Origin: Candidatus Staskawiczbacteria bacterium
GTDB lineage: Bacteria; Patescibacteriota; Minisyncoccia; Minisyncoccales; Staskawiczbacteraceae
Reading direction: 5' to 3'
Assembly (NCBI GenBank): GCA_903831095.1
Contig: CAIKWD010000026.1
Coordinates: forward strand, 29,290 to 93,289
DNA length: 64,000 nt
Shown here: in pieces, positions 18,256-27,606 of the stretch
Layout: the number at the start of each line of letters is the position of its first letter
Numbering within the stretch: the stretch's first letter is position 1
Translations under genes and position numbers: made by a program
The notes under the pieces: generated by a model
Database searches by the model: none
Told to the model about the DNA's origin: nothing
What the model saw: only the letters and a program-made list of their open reading frames with translations

Positions 18256-20735
18256 TAAATTACTATGTTAATTAATTTGTTTGGTACGAAAACTATTTTT
18301 TTAACTTCAACTTCACCTATCAAAGCTTTTATTTTTTCAGACTTCATAACTATTTTTTCAGCTTCCTTTTGAGTCAGCCCAGCCTTTGCATTTATTTTAT
18401 CTCTAACTTTTCCATTTATCTGCACAATTAAAAGTACTTCTTGATCTTCAATTAATTTCTCGTCATATTTTGGCCACTTCTGCAAACTGCACATTTCCTT
18501 CAGTCCAGCGTTGGCCCAAAGTTCTTCAGCTAAATGCGGAGCAAAAGGAGAAAGAATAATTAAAAAGTTTGCCAAGTCCTTTTTATCCAAACCTGTGGCA
18601 GAAACTTGTCCCGCGGAGCGGGATCCCGTTACACGGGACCACTCATTTACAAATTCCATCATCGCACTTACAGAAGTATTAAATTTCATCAATTCAATAT
18701 CTTCTGCAACTTTCTTTACTGTCTTATGCAAAATCTTTTTCAATCCTTCTTCAGTTTTTACTGCAGCAGTTTTTTGCGATGCTAAATTATAAATCTTTTC
18801 CACAAATCTCCTGCATCCAACAACTCCTTTTGTATCCCAAGGAATCATTTGTTCAAATGGACCCATAAACATTTCATAAATTCTCAACGTGTCGGCTCCA
18901 TATTCTTTTACAATTACGTCTGGGTTAATAACATTCCCCTTAGACTTTGACATTTTAATTCCCCCTTCACCCAAAACCATTCCATGTGAGGTCCTCTTTT
19001 TATAGGGCTCAGATCCAATAGACAAAGGTACAGCTTTGATATCCCACAAAAATTTAAAAATAAATCTGGAATATAAAAGATGCAAAGTTGTATGTTCCAT
19101 TCCACCATTATACCAATCAACTGGAAGCCAATATTTGGCTAGAGATTCATCAACTAACTTTTTACTATTTTTAGGATCTATATATCTTAAAAAATACCAG
19201 TTAGAACCTGCCCAATTTGGCATAGTGTCGGTTTCCCTTTGAGCTGGACCTCCACATTTAGGACATTCTGTTTCTACCCAATTTTTAATCAAAGACAAAG
19301 GAGATTCTCCCGTATCTGTTGGCTTATATTTTTTTACATTGGGTAATTTAACCGGTAAATCTTTTTCAAAAACTGACTGCCATCCACACTTCTTACAAAA
19401 AATCATTGGTATTGGCTCACCCCAATAATGCTGTCTAGAAAAAACCCAATCTCTCAGTTTATAGCTTATTTTTGGTTGGGCAAATCCTTTTGAAGAAAGC
19501 CAAGCAATTATCAAGGGTCTCGCCTGAGCAGATTTCATACCGTCAAATTGAACAGAATTATAAAGAATTCCATCTCCTTCAAAACACTCCTCCAAATTCT
19601 TAACTTTCTGAGTAAGCAATTCATCGTCCGGTTTTATGGAAGTTCTTAATGGAATGCCATATTTCTTTGCCATTTTAAAATCTCTCTTGTCATGGGCATC
19701 AGCAAATACTGCTCCGGTTCCATATTGCTCTAAAACAAAGTCAGCAGTCCAAACAGGCATTTCCTCATTTGTTGCAGGATTCCTTACCAAAATACCCTTT
19801 AGCTGAACACCAGTTACATCTTTATCTTGATTGGTCCTATCCATATCAGAAACATTTTTAGCTTCCTCTCGATACTTTAAAACTTCATCAATGTTTTCAA
19901 TTCTGCTTTTATGAGTGTCTATAAAACTACTTCCAGGAGCTACAATTAAAAAAGTCCCAGAAAATATAGTATCTATTCTGGTTGTAAAAACATCTATAGA
20001 TTCTTCAACTCCTTCAATTGGAAACTTAACTAGGGCTCCATGAGATTCTCCAATCCAGTCCTTCTGCTGTGTTTTAATTTTTTCCAAATAATCTACATTT
20101 TCCAAATCTCTAATTAGCCTGTCAGCATAATTTGTAATTTTTATCATCCACTGCTCTTTTTCTCTTTTTTCAACTTTTGTCCCACATCTTTCGCAATTTC
20201 CATTTACCACTTCTTCGTTAGCCAAACCAATCAAACATGACGGACACCAATTTATATTAATTTTACTTTTATATGCCAACCCATTTTTAAACAACTGAAT
20301 AAAAATCCACTGAGTCCATTTATAATACTTTGGATCTGTAGTATCAATTTCTCTTGACCAGTCAAAAGACCACCCCATTCTCTGCATCTGTTCTTTAAAA
20401 TATTCAACATTCTTTTTTGTGACAACAGAAGGATGGACTCCTTTCTTAATTGCATAGTTTTCCGTAGGCAAACCAAAAGCATCCCAACCCATTGGATACA
20501 AAACATTAAACCCCTGCATTCTCTTCTTGCGAGCTATTATATCTAAGGCTGTATAACTCCTACAGTGTCCCACATGAAGCCCATCTCCAGAAGGGTATGG
20601 AAACTCCACCATGGCATAGAATTTCTTCTTCTTAGAGCCGTTTTTAGCCTTAAAAACGCTCGAATTAAACCACTTTTCCTGCCATTTTGCCTCTATTTTT
20701 TTAGGATTGTATTTTACCATATAGTTATCCTCCAT
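18255..20735 (-). CDS. leuS: Leucyl-tRNA synthetase
   Basis: 826 aa with the HIGH-like motif PYPSGDGLHVGH and KMSKS (KMSKSKGN). It contains the GC-rich palindromic element at 18608-18640. Confidence 0.9.
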   Translation of the reverse strand: MEDNYMVKYNPKKIEAKWQEKWFNSSVFKAKNGSKKKKFYAMVEFPYPSGDGLHVGHCRSYTALDIIARKKRMQGFNVLYPMGWDAFGLPTENYAIKKGVHPSVVTKKNVEYFKEQMQRMGWSFDWSREIDTTDPKYYKWTQWIFIQLFKNGLAYKSKININWCPSCLIGLANEEVVNGNCERCGTKVEKREKEQWMIKITNYADRLIRDLENVDYLEKIKTQQKDWIGESHGALVKFPIEGVEESIDVFTTRIDTIFSGTFLIVAPGSSFIDTHKSRIENIDEVLKYREEAKNVSDMDRTNQDKDVTGVQLKGILVRNPATNEEMPVWTADFVLEQYGTGAVFADAHDKRDFKMAKKYGIPLRTSIKPDDELLTQKVKNLEECFEGDGILYNSVQFDGMKSAQARPLIIAWLSSKGFAQPKISYKLRDWVFSRQHYWGEPIPMIFCKKCGWQSVFEKDLPVKLPNVKKYKPTDTGESPLSLIKNWVETECPKCGGPAQRETDTMPNWAGSNWYFLRYIDPKNSKKLVDESLAKYWLPVDWYNGGMEHTTLHLLYSRFIFKFLWDIKAVPLSIGSEPYKKRTSHGMVLGEGGIKMSKSKGNVINPDVIVKEYGADTLRIYEMFMGPFEQMIPWDTKGVVGCRRFVEKIYNLASQKTAAVKTEEGLKKILHKTVKKVAEDIELMKFNTSVSAMMEFVNEWSRVTGSRSAGQVSATGLDKKDLANFLIILSPFAPHLAEELWANAGLKEMCSLQKWPKYDEKLIEDQEVLLIVQINGKVRDKINAKAGLTQKEAEKIVMKSEKIKALIGEVEVKKIVFVPNKLINIVI
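18608..18640. repeat. GC-rich palindromic mini-element, family 1, copy A (in-frame in leuS)
   Basis: tgtcccgcggagcgggatcccgttacacgggac. The first 23 nt are identical to the copy at 37075-37108. It encodes SRVTGSRSAGQ. Confidence 0.8.
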
Positions 20736-20818
20736 AATAGCATAACCGTATAAATTTTAAAGATCTTTAACTGTGAACAAAAAAAATCCGCGCATTGGCG
20801 AATTTTCTAAATTTTAAA

Positions 20819-21640
20819 TTATATATTAAATAATTTTTTGGCGTTTTCAGTAGTTTTACTGGCAATTTCTTCAAAACTTATTCCTTTAAGCTCAGCTATT
20901 TTTTGAATTACATGTTTTACAAAAATCGGTTCATTTCTGGTTTCTTTCGGGCCAGCTTGCGGGGGTGTTAAGTATGGGCAATCTGTCTCAACTAAAATTT
21001 TATCGAGCGTGGTCTGTTTTATAACCTCGTCTATATCGAACTTGAAAATTATTCCATTTATACCCAAGGAAAATCCCAAATTTATATACTTTTTTGCCTC
21101 TTCTAAACTGCCAGTAAAACAATGAATTACTCCCTTATTTTTCCTATTAGCCAAAATTTCCAAAACATCATTATGAGCCATTCTGCAATGAATTATTACT
21201 GGTAAATCTAATTCCTCTGCCAAATCCAACTGTTCAATAAATACTTTCTTTTGTAATTCCTTAAATTGCTCTAATCGTGATGTTGTTTTAGGCCTATAAT
21301 AATAGTCTAAACCAATTTCACCAATGGCTACCACCTTTTTTGACTTAGCCAATTCTCTATATTTTTCTTTATCAAACTCCTCTCCAAGCGGAGCAAAATT
21401 ACCTTCTTCTTCATCTGTCCTTAGCTTCATTAAGTCTGTCTTAATATGAATTGGATGTAAGCCAATAGAAGCATATATTCCTTCATTCTTTTCAGCCAAT
21501 TCAATTGCGTTTTTGGAAGTCTCATATTTTGTCCCAATATCAATACAAATAACACCTTCTTTCTGAGTGCATTTTACAACCTCTTCCCTGTCCTTATCGT
21601 AAGCCTTAAAGCTTAAATGGCTATGTGTATCGATTATCAT
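20819..21640 (-). CDS. tatD: TatD family metal-dependent hydrolase/DNase
   Basis: 273 aa; MIIDTHSHL N-terminal metal-binding motif and downstream H/E/D residues. Confidence 0.85.
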   Translation of the reverse strand: MIIDTHSHLSFKAYDKDREEVVKCTQKEGVICIDIGTKYETSKNAIELAEKNEGIYASIGLHPIHIKTDLMKLRTDEEEGNFAPLGEEFDKEKYRELAKSKKVVAIGEIGLDYYYRPKTTSRLEQFKELQKKVFIEQLDLAEELDLPVIIHCRMAHNDVLEILANRKNKGVIHCFTGSLEEAKKYINLGFSLGINGIIFKFDIDEVIKQTTLDKILVETDCPYLTPPQAGPKETRNEPIFVKHVIQKIAELKGISFEEIASKTTENAKKLFNI

Positions 21641-21646
21641 AATAAT

Positions 21647-22009
21647 TTAAAAAAATGTTGCCGTAAATAGTCCGATGGCCCCCAATATAAAACCGACAAT
21701 CGCCCCAGGGGTAGGAATTTGCTTAAAAAATACCCAGGCTAAAATTGGTTCCATTAATAAAATTGATGTTATTGAAATTACGCTTACTACCCAAATATTT
21801 TTAAAAACATTTATCCCAAGCATATATCCAAACAACACTGTTCCTCCAGCTATAGCGATAATCAAAAAAGCCTTTAAAAAAACATTCCAAAACGGCTGCG
21901 AATTTAAATAGTCCCCTTTTGCTCCAAGCATCTGTCCGTAGATGTATAAAGCTTCTCCTAAAAAAACTAAGGCAATAATAAAAATTTTAGGCCACAATCC
22001 TGCAATCAT
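21647..22009 (-). CDS. Small 4-TM membrane protein (SMR/DMT-like), paralog of the gene at 47506-47859
   Basis: 120 aa with four hydrophobic segments and a Glu in TM1 (GEALYIYG). Conserved FKNIW and MEPILAWxFFKQxPT blocks are shared with 47506-47859. Confidence 0.5.
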   Translation of the reverse strand: MIAGLWPKIFIIALVFLGEALYIYGQMLGAKGDYLNSQPFWNVFLKAFLIIAIAGGTVLFGYMLGINVFKNIWVVSVISITSILLMEPILAWVFFKQIPTPGAIVGFILGAIGLFTATFF

Positions 22010-22015
22010 ATAAAT

Positions 22016-23446
22016 TTATTTAATAATTCTCGGAAACAAATTTTCTGATTTTTTATTTTCGATTGCTTTTATAATCTTCTCAGCTGTTTCAGGAATAAAA
22101 GGTAAAAGCAAATTTCCAATTTCTTTTATAGCATAAAACAGATCGCTTATAACTTTAGGATTTTTTGTCTCCCAAAGCTTTTCCTCATTTATGTATTTGT
22201 CGCAGTGGCTTATTAATTCCCAAATACATATCAAAGCCTCGTTAAATTTAAATTCCTCAAGTAAAGTATTATATTTTTCTTTTGACTCCTCAGCTTTCTT
22301 AATAATTTCCTTTGAAGGTTTAGATTCTTTAAAATCTATTTTAGATGAAATTCCCAATACCCTAGCAACTAAATTTCCAATACCTCCTGCCAAATCTGAA
22401 TTATACCTTTGCTCAAATTTTTCATATGTAAAATCACCATCCTCAGTTGGAAGAATTTCTCTTAGTAAATAATATCTCACAGCATCTACTCCGTATTTTT
22501 TAACTAGCTCAAAAGGATCAATTACATTCCCTAAAGATTTGGACATTTTCTGACCATCAACGTTTAAAAATCCGTGCACAAAAATTGACTTTGGTAGTCT
22601 TAAACCGGCAGACAAAAGCATTGCCGGCCAAAATATTGTATGAAACTTCATTATATCCTTTCCTATGCAATGCACGTCGGCCGGCCAATATTTTTTAAAT
22701 TGTTTGTTTTCTTCTGCATATCCAATGGCAGAAATATAATTTGGTAGAGCATCACACCAAACATACATGACTTGTTCGGAATCACCAGGAACCTCAAAAC
22801 CCCAATATTTGTCCTTTGTCCTGGAAAAACTAACATCTTCCATACCTTGTTTTAGCATGCCTAAAGTCTCGTTCTTTTTCGACTCTGGAATAACTTGTAA
22901 TTCCCCACTAATAATCAACTCCTCTATTTTTTTATTATATTTTGAAAGCTTAAAAAAATAATTCTCCTCTTCCACAATCTCAAGAGGCTTTAAATGTATT
23001 ACACATTTTCCATCAGTTATTTCTTTTTCTGTTTTAAAGGATTCGCAACCAGGACAGTAATAACCTTTATATTTCTTCTTATATATGTCTCCACTAGCAT
23101 CTAACTTTTTCCAAAGCTTCTCAACAGCAGGCTTATGTTTAACTTCATCAGTTGTTCTAATAAAGTCGTCATTGGAAATATTTAAAGCCTTAGTCAAATC
23201 TCTAAACTTACCAGAAACTTCATCAGCAAAATCCTTAGGATCTCGCCCAAGTTCCCTAGCAACTCTCAAAGTCTTAATTCCATGTTCATCTGTGCCAGTC
23301 AAAAAGAAAACATCTTTTCCTAATTGCCTGTTGTATCTTGCCAAAACATCGGCCTGAATTGCCTCTAGCGCAAAACCAACGTGAGGTGAAGCATTTGTAT
23401 AAGGTATGCTGGTTGTTATATAAAACTTTTTCTTTTTTGTAAACAT
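22016..23446 (-). CDS. metG: Methionyl-tRNA synthetase
   Basis: 476 aa with an HIGH-region (PYTNASPHVGF), KMSKS (KMSKSLGN) and a CPGC zinc knuckle. Confidence 0.9.
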   Translation of the reverse strand: MFTKKKKFYITTSIPYTNASPHVGFALEAIQADVLARYNRQLGKDVFFLTGTDEHGIKTLRVARELGRDPKDFADEVSGKFRDLTKALNISNDDFIRTTDEVKHKPAVEKLWKKLDASGDIYKKKYKGYYCPGCESFKTEKEITDGKCVIHLKPLEIVEEENYFFKLSKYNKKIEELIISGELQVIPESKKNETLGMLKQGMEDVSFSRTKDKYWGFEVPGDSEQVMYVWCDALPNYISAIGYAEENKQFKKYWPADVHCIGKDIMKFHTIFWPAMLLSAGLRLPKSIFVHGFLNVDGQKMSKSLGNVIDPFELVKKYGVDAVRYYLLREILPTEDGDFTYEKFEQRYNSDLAGGIGNLVARVLGISSKIDFKESKPSKEIIKKAEESKEKYNTLLEEFKFNEALICIWELISHCDKYINEEKLWETKNPKVISDLFYAIKEIGNLLLPFIPETAEKIIKAIENKKSENLFPRIIK

Positions 23447-23487
23447 AGTATAATTACCTAATTCTATATTATTTTAACTAAAATTCA

Positions 23488-23937
23488 ATGATTTTATTAG
23501 TACATATGCTTTTTGGAGCAGCTATTGGGTATACTGTAGGCAATATTCCACTTGCTATATTACTAGCCTTTTTAAGTCATTACTTTTTGGATTTATTCCC
23601 ACATATTGAATATAATATCGACGCAATTGAAGAAAAAAAAATAAAGGATAAACTACCTGTTATTTTTAAAATAGCATCAGATTTATTATTTGGAATTTTA
23701 TTAGTGTTTGTACTGTCTAACAATCAACTAATTGCATATATAGGCGCATTTTTTGGCATATTACCAGACGGACTTACTATTATGCAAAATCGTTTCCCAA
23801 ATAATTTTTTGTCTTTCCACAAAAAATTCCATACGGAAAAAGTCCACTTTCTTAAAAACAAAAAATTCTCCAATTTTTGGAGAATTTTAAGCCAAATTAC
23901 AGTAATTATAATTTCTATAATTTTATTAAAGTTTTAA
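23488..23937 (+). CDS. Membrane-bound metal-dependent hydrolase-like protein (YdjM/DUF457-like)
   Basis: 149 aa, 3-4 TM, with a conserved SHYFLDLFPH motif. Confidence 0.45.
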   Translation: MILLVHMLFGAAIGYTVGNIPLAILLAFLSHYFLDLFPHIEYNIDAIEEKKIKDKLPVIFKIASDLLFGILLVFVLSNNQLIAYIGAFFGILPDGLTIMQNRFPNNFLSFHKKFHTEKVHFLKNKKFSNFWRILSQITVIIISIILLKF

Positions 23938-24968
23938 TCAATAGATAAAGCTTCTTCTTTTCTCCTCTGTAAGAATTCCTTCACAAACTCATAAATAATT
24001 CCAAAAACCGGAACAGCAAAAATTGTTCCCAAAAATCCGAAAAGTTTGGCTCCAATAAGCAAAGAAATCAAAACTAAGACTGGTGGCACATCCACTAGTC
24101 TTTTCATTAGAATTGGAGTTAAAAGCTTGTTTTCCACTTCCTGAATTATTAAAACAGCTATCATCACATATAAAAGTGTTACCCATGAACCAGATGAAAC
24201 AAGAATAAAAACAACAAGTAAAATAGTTGTTATCCAAGGCCCTATATATGGAATAAAATTCATCACTCCCGATATTAAACCAAGAATAAAAGCATATTTA
24301 ACTCCAAAAGCAAAAAAGACTATATACGAAGCCAAACCAACAAAAATACATGAAAGAATTCTAGCTCCAAACCACCCGGAAATTTTGTTTTGAGCCCTTT
24401 GAAAAAGAGCAACAATTCCTTCCTCATATTTTTTAGGCAAAATTAAGGTTAGAAAGTTTTTAAATGCATCTTCTTCCAAAGAAAGAAAAAATGCAGTAGT
24501 TAAAATAAAAGCTGTAGAATAAAGACCACCAAAAAAAGTTGAAATAGCACTCATAATACCCTTAGAACTTTGAGACAATCCACTGACTAAAATTTGGGTA
24601 AAGTTGTCAAAAGTCGGCGTAATATCAATGCCTATTTGTTGCATAATTGGATTCATTTGGTTCCAATAATCTGGCAAATACTGGGCCAATTGCTTCAATT
24701 CAGAAATAAATATTGGGGCAGTTAAATACATTAATAAGCCTAAAATTCCAAAAATAGAAAAATAAACAATTAAAATAGCTATTATTTTAGGAATCCAAAA
24801 TTTCCTTAAAAAGTTGATGGCTGGAGCCAGCAAAACTGACATTGCCAAAGCAAAGAAAAACCACAAGGCAATTTCCTTAGTCAGATAAATAAAATAAAAA
24901 ATAAAAATCGCAACAAATATCTTCGCTATTGTTTCCCAAGAAATTTCTAAAACTTGTTTTGTTTCCAT
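23934..24968 (-). CDS. AI-2E family transporter (PerM/UPF0118)
   Basis: 344 aa with about 8 TM segments and typical AI-2E topology and length. Confidence 0.75.
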   Translation of the reverse strand: METKQVLEISWETIAKIFVAIFIFYFIYLTKEIALWFFFALAMSVLLAPAINFLRKFWIPKIIAILIVYFSIFGILGLLMYLTAPIFISELKQLAQYLPDYWNQMNPIMQQIGIDITPTFDNFTQILVSGLSQSSKGIMSAISTFFGGLYSTAFILTTAFFLSLEEDAFKNFLTLILPKKYEEGIVALFQRAQNKISGWFGARILSCIFVGLASYIVFFAFGVKYAFILGLISGVMNFIPYIGPWITTILLVVFILVSSGSWVTLLYVMIAVLIIQEVENKLLTPILMKRLVDVPPVLVLISLLIGAKLFGFLGTIFAVPVFGIIYEFVKEFLQRRKEEALSID

Positions 24969-24972
24969 TTTA

Positions 24973-26250
24973 TTAAATTTTTAAAAGTCTTTTTATTTTT
25001 TTGGAATCTTTTTCCTCAACTGGTCCAATAATTGCTAAATTTAACTTTTCTGGCACGAAAATATCTTTTGCTATTTCTTGCACTTCTTCTATTGTTACTT
25101 CATTAATTTTCCTAAACTTCTCCTCAGGAGTAGAAATATCCTTTTCAAGTAATTCCTGCATTCCATAAAAAGATGCCTGGTTATCTGAAGCATCCAAGCT
25201 CAAAGAAGTAGCGCCCTTCAAATAATCTTTAGCTTTTTGTAATTCTTTGACAGAAATTTTCTTGGTTTTCATTTCTGTGTACTCTTTGAGAATAAGCTCA
25301 ATGGATTTTTCTAGATTTTTGTGGTCTATACCAGCTTGAGTCACCAAATATCCGCAATCTGTAGCGTTGTCCACTGAAGTATGGATTGAATATGCTAAGC
25401 CATTTCTTTCTCTAACCTTAATAAAAAGTCTAGAACTCATATTACCCCCCAAAATAACAGCCAATAAAGCTAACGCATTTCTTCTTTTATCAAACAAATC
25501 GTAAGCTCTTACTCCAAGGCAAAAATGTGTCTGGTCAGTTTTTTTATAATGCAATAAAACTTCCGGCTCTGATTGTATTTCCTTTACTATAAGTTTTTGT
25601 TGTTCCGGGCTTTTCTTTACACCTGAAAAATAATCTTTAACTTCGCTTTCAATTTTGTCTGAAGATATGGCTCCGGCAACGCAAACAATTACATTTGATG
25701 GAGAATAATGCGATTTGTAATAATTTACGACTTTTTCCCTGTTAAAACTTAAAATGCTTTCTTTTGTTCCTATGGCGCTCCAGCCTGCAGGTTGATCTCC
25801 ATATAAAAGCTTTTCCCAAAGATCCCCCAAATAAGCTGTAGGAGTATCTAAATACATATTCATTTCCTCTATCACAACCCCTTTTTCTCTTTCCATCTCA
25901 TTGGCATCAAATTTGGAATTCAAAAATATGTCAAAAATCCAGTCAAAGGCAATTTTATAGTGAGATTTGTCTACTTTTGCGTAAAACCCTGTGACCTCTT
26001 TAGAAGTAAAAGCATTGTACTCTCCTCCAACCATGTCTAAAGTTTCTGAAACTTTTAAAGTGCTTGGACGCTTTTTTGTCCCCTTAAAAAACATATGCTC
26101 TAAAAAATGAGAAATTCCATTAATATCTTTTGTCTCATATTTTGACCCAGTTCCAACCAATATCAAAACCGTCACACTGTTGGCGTTTTCCATTGGAACA
26201 GTTATGACTCTCAGCCCATTATCTAATGTTATTTTTTTATATAAATTCAT
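24973..26250 (-). CDS. M16 family zinc peptidase (pitrilysin/insulinase-like)
   Basis: 425 aa with the inverted zinc motif HFLEHMFFKGT (HxxEH). Confidence 0.8.
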   Translation of the reverse strand: MNLYKKITLDNGLRVITVPMENANSVTVLILVGTGSKYETKDINGISHFLEHMFFKGTKKRPSTLKVSETLDMVGGEYNAFTSKEVTGFYAKVDKSHYKIAFDWIFDIFLNSKFDANEMEREKGVVIEEMNMYLDTPTAYLGDLWEKLLYGDQPAGWSAIGTKESILSFNREKVVNYYKSHYSPSNVIVCVAGAISSDKIESEVKDYFSGVKKSPEQQKLIVKEIQSEPEVLLHYKKTDQTHFCLGVRAYDLFDKRRNALALLAVILGGNMSSRLFIKVRERNGLAYSIHTSVDNATDCGYLVTQAGIDHKNLEKSIELILKEYTEMKTKKISVKELQKAKDYLKGATSLSLDASDNQASFYGMQELLEKDISTPEEKFRKINEVTIEEVQEIAKDIFVPEKLNLAIIGPVEEKDSKKIKRLLKI

Positions 26251-26252
26251 TT

Positions 26253-27545
26253 TTATTGAAGCTTATTGTTTAAAAATAATACCAAGTCTTCAATTTTAAT
26301 CCTTTCCTGTTTCATTGTGTCTCTATCTCTAATAGTAACATCATTTTTTTCTAAGGAATCAAAATCAATAGTTACACAAAATGGAGTTCCAATTTCATCC
26401 TGGCTGTAATATCTTTTGCCAATATTACCTCTTTCGTCAAAAATTACAACAAAATCTTTTTTCAGCATTTTATAAACTTCTTTTGCTTTTTCAACCAATT
26501 CTGGCTTGTTCTTCAAAAGAGGAAAAACTGCAATTTTATATGGGGCCAAGCTTGGCTTTAATTTCAAAACAATTCTCTCATCTTCTTCTGCATATGCATT
26601 ACACAATACAGCCAAAACTGACCTGTCTACTCCCCATGTAGGCTCTACAACATGCGGATATAATTTTTCTTTAAGTTCAATATTTTCATATGGCGCCTCT
26701 TTAAAATGGTTCTTTAAATCAAAATCAGTCCTGTAAGCCAAACCATAAAGTTCTTTTCTGCCAAATGGAAAATCATACTCAAAATCAATTGTTTTTTTAG
26801 AATAGTGAGCTCTCTCTCCATCGGGGATATCCAACTCATGTATATCTTTTTCTTTCAACCCCAAAACATCAGTCATCCATAACTGCATTTCTTTTCTCCA
26901 CATTTCAAAAACCTTTTCCCATTCCTCTTCTTTTATAAAATATTCAATTTCCATTTGTTCAAACTCCCTTGTCCTAAAAATAAAGTTTCCCGGAGTTATT
27001 TCGTTCCGGAAAGCTTTACCAATTTGCGCAATTCCAAATGGAAGTTTTCTTCTGGTTGTGTCCAAAACATTCTTAAAATCAACAAACATTGCCTGCGCAG
27101 TTTCTGGCCTAAAATACACTATGCTTTCATCATTTTCTACAGGGCCCAAAAAAGTCTTAAGCATCAAGTTAAATTGCTTAGCTGACATTAATTCTCCTTT
27201 GCAGTCAGGACAATTTTTACTTTCCAATTGATCTTCTCTAAACCTATGATGACATTTTTTACATTCTACTAATGGATCTGAAAAATTTTTCAAATGCCCT
27301 GAAGATTCCCAAACTTTTGGATTCATTATCAAGGCTGCGTCAATTCCAACCATATCATCCCTCTGGTGCACAAACCTTTTCCACCAAGCATTTTTTATAT
27401 TGTTTTTCAATTCAACTCCCAACGGCCCATAATCAAAAGAATTAGCTAATCCTCCATAAATTTCCGAACCAGGGAAAATAAAACCCCTTCTTTTACATAA
27501 AGAAACTATTTTTTCTATTGAATTACCTTCCTCTTTTTTTACCAT
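26253..27545 (-). CDS. glyS: Glycyl-tRNA synthetase, class II (alpha2 archaeal/eukaryal-type)
   Basis: 430 aa; N-terminus CKRRGFIFPGSEIYGGLANSFDYGPLGVELKNNI is diagnostic of the dimeric GlyRS. Confidence 0.85.
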   Translation of the reverse strand: MVKKEEGNSIEKIVSLCKRRGFIFPGSEIYGGLANSFDYGPLGVELKNNIKNAWWKRFVHQRDDMVGIDAALIMNPKVWESSGHLKNFSDPLVECKKCHHRFREDQLESKNCPDCKGELMSAKQFNLMLKTFLGPVENDESIVYFRPETAQAMFVDFKNVLDTTRRKLPFGIAQIGKAFRNEITPGNFIFRTREFEQMEIEYFIKEEEWEKVFEMWRKEMQLWMTDVLGLKEKDIHELDIPDGERAHYSKKTIDFEYDFPFGRKELYGLAYRTDFDLKNHFKEAPYENIELKEKLYPHVVEPTWGVDRSVLAVLCNAYAEEDERIVLKLKPSLAPYKIAVFPLLKNKPELVEKAKEVYKMLKKDFVVIFDERGNIGKRYYSQDEIGTPFCVTIDFDSLEKNDVTIRDRDTMKQERIKIEDLVLFLNNKLQ

Positions 27546-27606
27546 ATAAAATAAAGTTAATTGATTTATACTACCCTTTTGACCCTATTAATTCAATATT
27601 CCCTGA

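Noticed and set aside
20736-20818. Possible terminator or sRNA in the leuS-tatD spacer (TCCGCGCATTGGCGA plus T9 on the minus strand)
   Set aside because: The stem is only about 3-4 bp. This is too weak to call a structured element; it may simply be a T-rich spacer.
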